A DNA stretch of 36,616 nucleotides from NCBI GenBank assembly GCA_963662265.2, contig CAXXHA010000006.1:1-36616 (forward strand), read 5' to 3'. The notes beneath the pieces were generated by a model. The model saw only the letters and a list, made by a program, of their open reading frames with translations, was not told where the DNA came from and made no database searches. The number at the start of each line of letters is the position of its first letter. The first letter of the stretch is position 1. Source of the stretch: Spirochaetia bacterium (GTDB taxonomy: Bacteria; Spirochaetota; Spirochaetia; CADAEX01). Positions 28,534 to 36,616 of this stretch are shown one piece after another. The translations under genes and the position numbers were made by a program.

Positions 28534-29001
28534 TTATTCCCTGCTATCTTTTTTTTCTTCAGTTACAACTTTTCCGCCGGCTTTTTCAACTTTTTCCTTT
28601 GCACTTCCGGATACTTTATCCAGAGCAACATCAAGTTTTTTTGATAATTCGCCGTTTCCAAGAAGTTTCACATATTTATCATTCTTTTTAATTATTCTCT
28701 TTTCAACAAGAGTATCAAGATTTACAGTTTCACCGTCGCTGTATTTATCATTTATCTCAGCAACATTAATAACTTTATAAACCTTTTTAAAAGGATAATT
28801 TGAAAATCCCCTGGCAGCAATTCTTCTGTAAAGCGGCATCTGACCACCTTCAAATCCCGGTCTTACTCCGCCTCCGGATCTTGCATTCTGTCCTTTATGT
28901 CCTTTACCGGCTGTTTTCCCAGTACCTGATCCAGGTCCTCTTCCGACCCTTTTTCTATTCCTGTTAGCACCAGCCGGAGCTTTTAAAATTAAATCGTCCA
29001 T
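28534..29001 (-). CDS. rplO: 50S ribosomal protein L15
   Basis: RVGRGPGSGTGKTAGKGHKGQ and FEGGQMPLYRR motifs; start moved to ATG 29001. Confidence 0.96.
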   Translation of the reverse strand: MDDLILKAPAGANRNRKRVGRGPGSGTGKTAGKGHKGQNARSGGGVRPGFEGGQMPLYRRIAARGFSNYPFKKVYKVINVAEINDKYSDGETVNLDTLVEKRIIKKNDKYVKLLGNGELSKKLDVALDKVSGSAKEKVEKAGGKVVTEEKKDSRE

Positions 29002-29008
29002 AATCTTT

Positions 29009-29191
29009 TTATAACTCCTCAACCTTTACGAGATGTTCGATAGTCCTAACCATACCCATAATTGCCGGATTAACCTCTTTTTCAACACTTGAACTGATTT
29101 TTCTCAGCCCAAGAGCTGCTGCTGTTTTTTTCTGTGCAGGCTTTCTTCCGATTAAGCTTCTAACCAGTGTTATTTTAATTTTTCCAGCCAT
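29009..29191 (-). CDS. rpmD: 50S ribosomal protein L30
   Basis: [12 protein letters not shown]...ALGLRK; start moved to ATG 29191. Confidence 0.95.
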   Translation of the reverse strand: MAGKIKITLVRSLIGRKPAQKKTAAALGLRKISSSVEKEVNPAIMGMVRTIEHLVKVEEL

Positions 29192-29193
29192 AA

Positions 29194-29682
29194 TTAACCC
29201 CACATATCATTTATGGTTTTTCCTCTGTCATGAGCAACTTTTTTTGCATCCATGATTTCAGAAAAGCCTTCAAATACAGCTTTAACAATGTTGATACTGT
29301 TTTTTGATCCAAGTGATTTACTAAGGATATCATGCACACCCACTGCATCCATAACCGCTCTTACAGGACCACCTGCAATAACTCCGGTACCTGGTGCCGC
29401 AGGTTTTAAAACAATTTTAGCACTCTTAAACTGAGCAAGAACTTCGTGTGGTATTGTGTTGTTTTTAAGAGGAACTTTTACCATGTTCTTTTTGGCTTTT
29501 TCCATTCCCTTTCTGATAGCTTCAGCTACATCGTTAGCCTTTCCGAAACCATATCCTACAGTTCCTTTCTGATCACCTACAACAACAAGAGCGGAAAATG
29601 AAAACCTTCTACCACCTTTCACTACTTTGGCAACCCTGTTCAGTTTAATAAGTTTTTCTACTAACTCTTTTTCCTGGTCCAC
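29194..29682 (-). CDS. rpsE: 30S ribosomal protein S5
   Basis: [22 protein letters not shown]; GTG start. Confidence 0.98.
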   Translation of the reverse strand: MDQEKELVEKLIKLNRVAKVVKGGRRFSFSALVVVGDQKGTVGYGFGKANDVAEAIRKGMEKAKKNMVKVPLKNNTIPHEVLAQFKSAKIVLKPAAPGTGVIAGGPVRAVMDAVGVHDILSKSLGSKNSINIVKAVFEGFSEIMDAKKVAHDRGKTINDMWG

Positions 29683-29691
29683 AGTTTCCCC

Positions 29692-30051
29692 CTAAAATTT
29701 CAGTCCGGCTTTTCTTGCGCCGTCAGCGACCGCTTTGATCTTTCCATGGTATATGAAACCATTTCTATCAAAAACCACTGTATCAATTTTCTTTTCTTTC
29801 AGTCTTTCACCAATTACTGTACCGAGCTTTTCTGCTCCTTCAACAGTTGATTTAACATCTTTCAAATCTTTTTCAAGATTTGAAACTGATACCAGCGTAT
29901 TTCCTGAAATATCATCAATAACCTGTATATATATATTCTTGTTACTTTTAAATACAGTTAATCTTGGTCGCTCAGGAGTACCTTTAATCTTACCACGGAT
30001 ACTTCTTTTTCTTCGTACCCGTCTTTTATTCTTTTCAATTAATCTCTTCAT
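29692..30051 (-). CDS. rplR: 50S ribosomal protein L18
   Basis: RPRLTVFKSNK and VVFDRNGFIYHG motifs. Confidence 0.97.
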   Translation of the reverse strand: MKRLIEKNKRRVRRKRSIRGKIKGTPERPRLTVFKSNKNIYIQVIDDISGNTLVSVSNLEKDLKDVKSTVEGAEKLGTVIGERLKEKKIDTVVFDRNGFIYHGKIKAVADGARKAGLKF

Positions 30052-30061
30052 CCTAATCTAC

Positions 30062-30601
30062 CTATTTAACACCAGATTTACCGATTTTTCTTCTGATAGT
30101 TTCATCAGCGTACTTAATACCCTTACCCTTGTATGGTTCTGGCGGCCTCATTGATCTGATTTCGGCACACGCCTGTCCAACAAGCTGTTTATCAATACCT
30201 GATACGTTTATCTTTGTAGGTCCTTCACAAGTTATTGTTAAGCCGTCAATTATCGGATATTCAATCTGCATTGAGTAACCAAGGCTTAAGAACAGTGATT
30301 TTCCCTGAACTTCAGCTCTGTAACCAACGCCGTTGATTATAAGCTGTTTTGTAAACCCTTTTGAAACACCAGTGATCATATTATTAATCAGACTTCTGTA
30401 AAGCCCGTGATATGATCTTGCTGTCTTCATATCGCTAAGTCTATCGACATATACACAGTTGTCTTTTTCGTAAATTTTGACCTCCGGTTTATAATCCTGA
30501 GTGAGTTTCCCTTTTGGTCCCTCTACAGTTACTTCTGTATCTGTAACACTCAGTTTTACACCCTGAGGTATCTCTATTGGTAACTTACCTATTCGAGACA
30601 T
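30062..30601 (-). CDS. rplF: 50S ribosomal protein L6
   Basis: MSRIGKLPI, GVGYRA and RPPEPYKGKGI motifs. Confidence 0.98.
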   Translation of the reverse strand: MSRIGKLPIEIPQGVKLSVTDTEVTVEGPKGKLTQDYKPEVKIYEKDNCVYVDRLSDMKTARSYHGLYRSLINNMITGVSKGFTKQLIINGVGYRAEVQGKSLFLSLGYSMQIEYPIIDGLTITCEGPTKINVSGIDKQLVGQACAEIRSMRPPEPYKGKGIKYADETIRRKIGKSGVK

Positions 30602-30613
30602 ATCTCTATACTC

Positions 30614-31012
30614 CTACCATATCGAACAAATCAGTTCGCCGCCGATCTGTTTCTCGTTAGCCTTTTTGCCGGTTGTAACACCAGCTGATGTTGAAATAAC
30701 AACAGTTCCGAAGCCATTTCTTACTCTCGGCATTTTTTTGTAGCCTGAGTAAATTCGTCTTCCCGGTTTTGATATTTTTTCAATACCGTGAATAACAGGT
30801 TTTTCGTTTTCGTCATATTTCAAAAACAGCCTTATATAGTTAACACCATCCAGCTGGACCTTTTTGAAGTTTTTGATATAGCCTTCATTTTTCATTACTT
30901 TTACTATTTCAAGCTTAAGTTTTGAAGTGCTTATATCTACTCTGTCAAAACCTGCCCGACTGGCATTTCGTATTTTAGTCAGCATATCTGCAACAGGATC
31001 TGATACTGCCAT
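30614..31012 (-). CDS. rpsH: 30S ribosomal protein S8
   Basis: [21 protein letters not shown] and GGELIC motifs. Confidence 0.98.
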   Translation of the reverse strand: MAVSDPVADMLTKIRNASRAGFDRVDISTSKLKLEIVKVMKNEGYIKNFKKVQLDGVNYIRLFLKYDENEKPVIHGIEKISKPGRRIYSGYKKMPRVRNGFGTVVISTSAGVTTGKKANEKQIGGELICSIW

Positions 31013-31022
31013 TTATTTCTCC

Positions 31023-31208
31023 CTACCAACTCGATTTTGTGACTCCAGGAATCAATCCCTGGCTTGCAAGTTCTCTAAAACATATTCTGCACATCTGAAA
31101 ATCTCTCATATAACCTCTGGGTCTTCCACAGATTCTGCATCTGTTTACCCGTCTTGTCATATATTTGGGCTTTCTCAGCGCTTTAATAATCATTGATTTT
31201 TTTGCCAT
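31023..31208 (-). CDS. rpsN: 30S ribosomal protein S14, short zinc-binding (type Z) form
   Basis: 61 aa; [10 protein letters not shown]...[10 protein letters not shown]. Confidence 0.97.
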   Translation of the reverse strand: MAKKSMIIKALRKPKYMTRRVNRCRICGRPRGYMRDFQMCRICFRELASQGLIPGVTKSSW

Positions 31209-31219
31209 CTTATTAACCC

Positions 31220-31768
31220 CTATTTCCTGAACGGCATTCCAAGTTTCTTAAGCAGGCTTCTTGCTTCCTGATCAGTTTTAGCTGATGTAACAATCGCAAT
31301 ATTCATTCCGCTTATTTTTTCAATCTTATCATAATCAATCTCAGGGAAAATTATCTGTTCTGTAATTCCCAGTGAATAATTACCATGACCGTCGAAACCG
31401 TTAGGATTAACTCCTCTGAAGTCTTTTACTCGCGGCAGAGCAACATTGACAAATCTATCAAGGAATTCCCACATGATATCCTGTCTTAATGTTACTTTTG
31501 CACCGATTTCATAACCTTCCCGAAGTTTAAAGTTAGCGATCGATTTTCTGGCTTTGGTCTTAACAGGTTTCTGTCCTGTAATCAATGCAATTTCCTTTAA
31601 AATTGATTCAAGAAGTTTTTTGTTTGTGATTGCTTCTCCGCATCCAACACTTACAACTACCTTTTCAACTTTAGGAATCTGCATAACAGATTTATAACCA
31701 AATTCATCAAAGATCTCTTTCTTGATTCCATTATACTTTACTTTCAGATTCGGTTCATTCTTACTCAT
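31220..31768 (-). CDS. rplE: 50S ribosomal protein L5
   Basis: [15 protein letters not shown] and FPEIDYD motifs; start moved to ATG 31768, overlapping the rplX stop (TAATG). Confidence 0.96.
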   Translation of the reverse strand: MSKNEPNLKVKYNGIKKEIFDEFGYKSVMQIPKVEKVVVSVGCGEAITNKKLLESILKEIALITGQKPVKTKARKSIANFKLREGYEIGAKVTLRQDIMWEFLDRFVNVALPRVKDFRGVNPNGFDGHGNYSLGITEQIIFPEIDYDKIEKISGMNIAIVTSAKTDQEARSLLKKLGMPFRK

Positions 31769-32088
31769 TACAGCACTTCTCCGCATTTTCTGCATTTCCT
31801 GATCTTCTGATCACCGGAAACATCAATTGAGATCCTGGATGGTCCGCACTTTTTACACATGATCATAACATTTGAAATATCCATCGGTGCTTCAATTTCA
31901 GCAATTCCGCCTTTTTCTCCCTGTTTTTTGGGTTTCTGGGCTTTTTTGACCATATTTAGTCCGGCTACAATAACTTTGCCCTTTTCTCTGTCGATTCGGA
32001 CAATTTTACCAGTCTTTCCTTTTTCTTTTCCGGCTACAACCTGTACTAGGTCTTCCTTCTTAAGTTTATATTTTACTACACTCATCAT
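31768..32088 (-). CDS. rplX: 50S ribosomal protein L24 with two C-terminal CxxC motifs
   Basis: KOW motif [20 protein letters not shown] and CKKC...CRKC. Confidence 0.96.
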   Translation of the reverse strand: MMSVVKYKLKKEDLVQVVAGKEKGKTGKIVRIDREKGKVIVAGLNMVKKAQKPKKQGEKGGIAEIEAPMDISNVMIMCKKCGPSRISIDVSGDQKIRKCRKCGEVL

Positions 32089-32097
32089 TAAAACCCT

Positions 32098-32466
32098 CTA
32101 TAGCACTTCCGGAGCAAGAGAAACAATCTTCATATAGTTGGCTTCTCTAAGCTCTCTAGCTACAGGACCGAATATTCTCTTACCTCTTGGATTTAATGAC
32201 GCATCAAGAATTACACATGCATTGTCATCAAATCTGATATATGTACCATCCGGTCTTCTAATTTCTTTACTTGTTCTTACTATAACAGCTTTGTGGACTT
32301 CACCTTTTTTCACAGGAGCATTTGGAAGCGCATCTTTTACTGCCACAACAATGATATCACCAATTGTTGCAGTTTTTTTCTTGCTTCCTCCAAGCACTTT
32401 GATACACTGTGCTTTTTTTGCGCCACTGTTATCTGCTACATTAAGATATGTCTGCATCTGTATCAT
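32098..32466 (-). CDS. rplN: 50S ribosomal protein L14
   Basis: [14 protein letters not shown] and GPVARELR motifs. Confidence 0.98.
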   Translation of the reverse strand: MIQMQTYLNVADNSGAKKAQCIKVLGGSKKKTATIGDIIVVAVKDALPNAPVKKGEVHKAVIVRTSKEIRRPDGTYIRFDDNACVILDASLNPRGKRIFGPVARELREANYMKIVSLAPEVL

Positions 32467-32505
32467 ATCTTTACCCCACTCCTTTCAGCTTCAATCAAGC
32501 GTTAT

Positions 32506-32784
32506 TTACTTGGCTCTTTCAACAACATCAAGAAGCTGCCAGCATTTTTCCTTACTGATAGGCCTTGACTGAATAACTCTAACTGTATCGCCTTTGTTTG
32601 CATCATTTGTTTCATCATGCGCCTTAACTTTTTTTGTTTTAAGCACATACTTTTTGTAAAGTGGATGCAAAGTTCTATTTTCAATGGAAACAACAATTGT
32701 CTTATCCATTTTATCACTTACAACAAGGCCGGTATAAATTTTCTTACCCTTAATCTTATTCTGTTTATCCTGAGTGTTTTCCAC
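32506..32784 (-). CDS. rpsQ: 30S ribosomal protein S17
   Basis: [14 protein letters not shown] and HPLYKK motifs; GTG start. Confidence 0.97.
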   Translation of the reverse strand: MENTQDKQNKIKGKKIYTGLVVSDKMDKTIVVSIENRTLHPLYKKYVLKTKKVKAHDETNDANKGDTVRVIQSRPISKEKCWQLLDVVERAK

Positions 32785-32799
32785 TTTAATCTCCCAACC

Positions 32800-32994
32800 T
32801 TATCTTATACCCAGATCTTTTTCATGAATCAGGGTCTTAAGTCTGGCTATTTTTCTTCTCAAGTTTCTTTTCAAAACCGGATTATCAACATGTCCTAATA
32901 CAGAATTAAACCGGATATCCATATGTTTTTTCTTGAGTTCATCCATTTTTGAATGAAGCTCTTCGTATGTTAAATCTCTAAAATTATCTTTCAT
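32800..32994 (-). CDS. rpmC: 50S ribosomal protein L29
   Basis: Size, position and RRKIARLKT. Confidence 0.95.
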   Translation of the reverse strand: MKDNFRDLTYEELHSKMDELKKKHMDIRFNSVLGHVDNPVLKRNLRRKIARLKTLIHEKDLGIR

Positions 32995-32997
32995 ATC

Positions 32998-33420
32998 CTA
33001 CTCCAAGTCCCTTCTTACAACAAACCTGGTTTTGATCGGCAGTTTCTGTCCTGCAAGCTGCATAGCTTCTTTTGCAAGTTCTGTGTCTACTCCAGCCATT
33101 TCAAACATAACTGTTCCCGGTTTAACTACTGCTACCCAGTATTCCGGATTACCTTTACCCTTACCCATTCGAGTTTCTGCCGGTTTCTTAGTATACGGCA
33201 TATCAGGGAAAATTCTGATCCAGACTTTTCCGCCTCTCTTGATTTTTCTTGTCATCGCGATTCTGGCAGCTTCGATCTGTCTGTTTGTAATCCATTTATT
33301 TTCTAATGCAACAAGTCCATATTCTCCGAAATCAATGCTGTTTTTTCTTGTAGCATTACCTTTCAGTCCTCCGGCTCCTCGCTGCTTTTTTCTGTATTTA
33401 GTTCTTTTTGGACTAAGCAT
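32998..33420 (-). CDS. rplP: 50S ribosomal protein L16
   Basis: QIEAARIA and [13 protein letters not shown] motifs. Confidence 0.98.
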   Translation of the reverse strand: MLSPKRTKYRKKQRGAGGLKGNATRKNSIDFGEYGLVALENKWITNRQIEAARIAMTRKIKRGGKVWIRIFPDMPYTKKPAETRMGKGKGNPEYWVAVVKPGTVMFEMAGVDTELAKEAMQLAGQKLPIKTRFVVRRDLE

Positions 33421-33434
33421 TTCTACAAATCTCC

Positions 33435-34127
33435 TTAATTACTGGCTTTTCTTTTTTTTCTAACCAGCACTCCGGCATCATCTTTAATGTCCCGTTTGTA
33501 AACTTCACCATGAAACACCCAAACTTTAACACCAATTACACCGAAAGTTGTGTTTGATTCAGAAAAACCGTAGTCAATATTTGCTCTGAATGTATGAAGA
33601 GGTATTCTACCCTCTTTATACTGCTGAACTCTGGCCATTTCAGCACCGCCGAGTCTCCCGGCAATTCTGATTTTAATACCCTGAACTCCACCTTTCATTG
33701 CATTGTTGACTGCCTGTTTTAATGCTCTTCTGAAAGAACTCTTTGACTTAAGCTGTCTTGCAACATTATCAGCAATAAGCTGTGCATTTACTTCAGGTTT
33801 TTTCAATTCTTTAATCTTGATCTGGATTTTTTTACCAGCTTCTTTCTGAAGTCTTTCACCTATCTTTTCAATAGTTGCACCTTTTGTTCCGATAAGAATA
33901 CCAGGTCTTGAGCTTTCAATCACAACTGTTATTCTCTGTGGCTGTCTGATTATTTCAATATTTGAAATTTCAGCACCTCTTGTTTCGGGGCAACTTTTTA
34001 AAAGTTTTCTCAGCCGAAGATCTTCATGCAGTGTATCTGCATATTCTCTGGGATCAACATACCATTTAGACTTCCAGGTCTTATTTATTCCAAGTCTTAA
34101 ACCAATTGGATTAACTTTCTGTCCCAA
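33435..34127 (-). CDS. rpsC: 30S ribosomal protein S3
   Basis: [14 protein letters not shown] and [10 protein letters not shown] motifs; TTG start. Confidence 0.98.
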   Translation of the reverse strand: MGQKVNPIGLRLGINKTWKSKWYVDPREYADTLHEDLRLRKLLKSCPETRGAEISNIEIIRQPQRITVVIESSRPGILIGTKGATIEKIGERLQKEAGKKIQIKIKELKKPEVNAQLIADNVARQLKSKSSFRRALKQAVNNAMKGGVQGIKIRIAGRLGGAEMARVQQYKEGRIPLHTFRANIDYGFSESNTTFGVIGVKVWVFHGEVYKRDIKDDAGVLVRKKRKASN

Positions 34128-34128
34128 C

Positions 34129-34491
34129 TTATTCCCCCATCTCAGCTATTTCATCTACTACAACAGATATGTGACTCATTCTCTTTAAAAGAATGTCTCT
34201 CTTACCTCTTGCTCTGGCCCAGATTCTTTTCAGTCTCGGGCCTTCATTCACCTGCAGCTCTTTTATATATATCATTTCTTCATCAAGTTTCTTGTTCTGA
34301 TATAAAGCATTAGCTGCTGCTGAAGCAATTACTTTCTTAAGTAATTTAGCACCTTTGTTAGGCATCGCATCAAGCTGTGCTACTGCATCAGTGTAAGACC
34401 TATTTCTGACAAGATCAGCTATCGGTCTAACTTTAGTAGGTGAAATCATTAAATACTTGGCCTCAGCCCTGTACCCTTTTTTTGCTTCCAT
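34129..34491 (-). CDS. rplV: 50S ribosomal protein L22
   Basis: ISPTKVR and GPRLKRIWARARG motifs. Confidence 0.97.
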   Translation of the reverse strand: MEAKKGYRAEAKYLMISPTKVRPIADLVRNRSYTDAVAQLDAMPNKGAKLLKKVIASAAANALYQNKKLDEEMIYIKELQVNEGPRLKRIWARARGKRDILLKRMSHISVVVDEIAEMGE

Positions 34492-34516
34492 AATTAAACA
34501 CCTATTTCCTTATAAC

Positions 34517-34795
34517 CTATCTTTTGGATTTCTTGTCGGAGTTTGCGTGCCCTCTGTAGAATCTTGTAGGTGCAAATTCCCCTAATTTATGTCCAACAAG
34601 GTTTTCTGTAACATATACAGGCACCCAGGTCTTTCCATTATAAACTGATATAGTAAAACCAACCATTTCTGGTATAATAGTGGAACATCTTGAGTAAGTT
34701 TTGAGCATTTTCTTATCTCCAGCCTTACCCATTTCCACTACTCTTTTATAGAGTTTCTTTTCTATAAATGGTCCTTTTTTTATCGATCTAGACAC
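34517..34795 (-). CDS. rpsS: 30S ribosomal protein S19
   Basis: RSIKKGPF and [12 protein letters not shown] motifs; GTG start. Confidence 0.98.
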   Translation of the reverse strand: MSRSIKKGPFIEKKLYKRVVEMGKAGDKKMLKTYSRCSTIIPEMVGFTISVYNGKTWVPVYVTENLVGHKLGEFAPTRFYRGHANSDKKSKR

Positions 34796-34804
34796 ATCAA
34801 TCTC

Positions 34805-35629
34805 CTACTTTCGCTTTTTAACAATAAATTTACCAGACTGTTTCTTTTTCTTTCTGGTTTTGTATCCTTTAGTAGGAACACCCCAAGGTGTTACCGGATG
34901 TCTACCGCCTGAAGTTTTACCTTCACCACCACCATGCGGATGATCGTGCGGGTTCATAACAACACCCCTAACCTTTGGCCGTTTACCAAGCCATCTTGAT
35001 CTACCAGCCTTACCGATTGATACATTCATGTGATCTTCATTACCGACACCGCCGATTGTTGCGCTGCATTTTTTAAAGACCATTCTCATTTCACCGGAAG
35101 GCAGCTTAAGAGTTACATAATCCCCTTCTTTAGCTACTACCATTGCACTGGTTCCAGCTGATCTTACAAGCTGTCCACCTCTTCCAAGCTGAAGTTCTAC
35201 ATTATGAACTTCAATACCGAGAGGTATATTTTCTAATGGTATTGAGTTTCCTACTTTAACTGGTGCATCTGCTCCACTCTGGACAAATTCACCTACTTTT
35301 AACCCTTTAGGAGCTAAAATATATCTCTTTTCACCGTCTACATAATTCACCAGAGCAATATTCGCACTTCTGTTAGGATCGTACTCTATCTCTGCAACCT
35401 TGCCAGGCACACCGTATTTATCTCTTCTGAAATCGATAACTCTGTATTTTTTCTTGTGCCCGCCGCCTCTTCTTCTTACACTTATTCTACCGCCGGCTCC
35501 ACGTCCTGCGCTGTATGAAAGGCCTTTTGTTAAACTCTTTTCAGGTACATTTGTTGTTATTTCTGAAAAGTCGAGAGTTGTTTTGAATCGCAAACCCGGT
35601 GTATTAGGTTTATACTTCTTTATGCTCAC
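34805..35629 (-). CDS. rplB: 50S ribosomal protein L2
   Basis: [13 protein letters not shown] and [13 protein letters not shown] motifs; GTG start. Confidence 0.98.
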   Translation of the reverse strand: MSIKKYKPNTPGLRFKTTLDFSEITTNVPEKSLTKGLSYSAGRGAGGRISVRRRGGGHKKKYRVIDFRRDKYGVPGKVAEIEYDPNRSANIALVNYVDGEKRYILAPKGLKVGEFVQSGADAPVKVGNSIPLENIPLGIEVHNVELQLGRGGQLVRSAGTSAMVVAKEGDYVTLKLPSGEMRMVFKKCSATIGGVGNEDHMNVSIGKAGRSRWLGKRPKVRGVVMNPHDHPHGGGEGKTSGGRHPVTPWGVPTKGYKTRKKKKQSGKFIVKKRK

Positions 35630-35645
35630 TTAATAGCCCCCTCTT

Positions 35646-35949
35646 TTACACACCTTCAAATAAATCAATTTTCTCACCAGGAGAGAGTGTTACAACAGCT
35701 TTCTTCCATGAAGTTTTCTGTCCTACTCTGTAACCTGACTTTTGTCCTGGTTGTTTTCTTTTACCTTTTACCCACATAACATTACATGCAACAGGCTTAA
35801 CATTAAAAAGTTTCGCAACTGCTTCACTTACCTGATGTTTATTAGCTGCAGGTAAAACTTTGAAAACGTATTTAACGCTTTCTTCTTCACGCATTGCATT
35901 TGTTTTTTTCTGTAACAACCGGTTCTATAAGAATATTTTCCAGTTCCAT
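35646..35949 (-). CDS. rplW: 50S ribosomal protein L23, frameshifted (one extra A at 35903-35909); 100 aa when corrected
   Basis: GAGGT SD, then MELENILIEPVVTEK in one frame and TNAMREEESVKYVFKV...WKKAVVTL in the +1 frame. Confidence 0.93.
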
Positions 35950-35960
35950 CATCCTACCTC

Positions 35961-36587
35961 TTAATCCGCGCCGTAAAATTCGTTTAATTTACCGGCTGCT
36001 GATTCCATAACCAGTACATTTTTTCCATAAAACAAATCATGCGCTCTTAATCGATTGTATGAAAGAAATGTGAGCCATGGAATGTTTCTTCCTGCTCTTT
36101 TAACCATTGCATCATCATCTTTAAGAATCACAACTGTTCTTTCCTGACTTACAAGATTCTTTAATATTGAAGCAATATCAGCAGTTTTTCCGCTTTCAAC
36201 TGTAAAATCTTCAACAATCTTCATTCTTTCATTTTTATTCTTAAGGCTTAAAATTGACCTCATTGCAAGTCTTTTCATCTTTCTGGGCATCTTGAAGTTG
36301 TAACTTCTTGGCCTGGGACCGAATACGATTCCTCCGCCTACCCATATCGGACTTCTTTTGTGACCTGCTCTGGCACGACCAGTACCTTTCTGACTCCATG
36401 GTTTTGCACCGCTGCCTCTGACTTCGCTTCGGCCCTTTGTGGATGCACAACCAACTCTTTTATTTGCAAGTTCGTTATTTATAGCGTAATAAATAGTTCC
36501 GTCACTAACTTCACAATTAAAGACTTTGTCGTTGAGTTCAATTGTTTTTATCTCTTCGCCTTTTACCGAAAAGACCTTCGCTTCCAT
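35961..36587 (-). CDS. rplD: 50S ribosomal protein L4
   Basis: TKGRSEVRGSGAKPWSQKGTGRARAG and GGGIVFGP motifs. Confidence 0.98.
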   Translation of the reverse strand: MEAKVFSVKGEEIKTIELNDKVFNCEVSDGTIYYAINNELANKRVGCASTKGRSEVRGSGAKPWSQKGTGRARAGHKRSPIWVGGGIVFGPRPRSYNFKMPRKMKRLAMRSILSLKNKNERMKIVEDFTVESGKTADIASILKNLVSQERTVVILKDDDAMVKRAGRNIPWLTFLSYNRLRAHDLFYGKNVLVMESAAGKLNEFYGAD

Positions 36588-36600
36588 TTATTTCCTCTGT

Positions 36601-36616
36601 CTATTTAATTGATTTT
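36601..36616 (-). CDS. rplC: Last codons (...KSIK*) of the upstream gene, probably L3
   Basis: TAG at 36601-36603 just upstream of the rplD SD; identity inferred from conserved gene order only. Confidence 0.45.

Noticed and set aside
605-36608. Remaining short ORFs overlapping assigned genes on the opposite strand or in other frames
   Set aside because: They lie over well-supported conserved genes and show no motifs of their own.

Overview
Core chromosomal region of a spirochaete (Spirochaetia-like RpoA N-terminus and insertion, giant spirochaete-type coiled-coil protein, secY-rpmJ-rpsM order without adk/map/infA). From left to right: the tail of an unknown gene; a + strand nucleotidyltransferase-like / TPM / LemA trio; a bidirectional terminator; grpE-dnaK-dnaJ; a 1242-aa membrane-anchored coiled-coil protein; a HAD hydrolase; an exported Cys/His-motif (NlpC/P60-like) protein; der; ptsI; a divergent GerMN protein; tlyA-ymdB-rny; a 1255-aa membrane protein with a 900-bp higher-order Glu-rich tandem array; and the S10-spc-alpha ribosomal protein superoperon (rplD to rplQ, including rpmJ, which the ORF track misses). 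I see no mobile element, CRISPR array, tRNA or rRNA. The most notable items are three genes (lemA, the NlpC/P60-like gene and the ribosomal gene rplW) each broken by one extra A in a G-A7 run, most likely a homopolymer assembly error; the uncharacterised NTase-TPM-LemA module; the acidic repeat membrane protein; and a probable leaderless ptsI transcript with a palindromic operator candidate. Family calls rest on motif recognition only; no searches were run.
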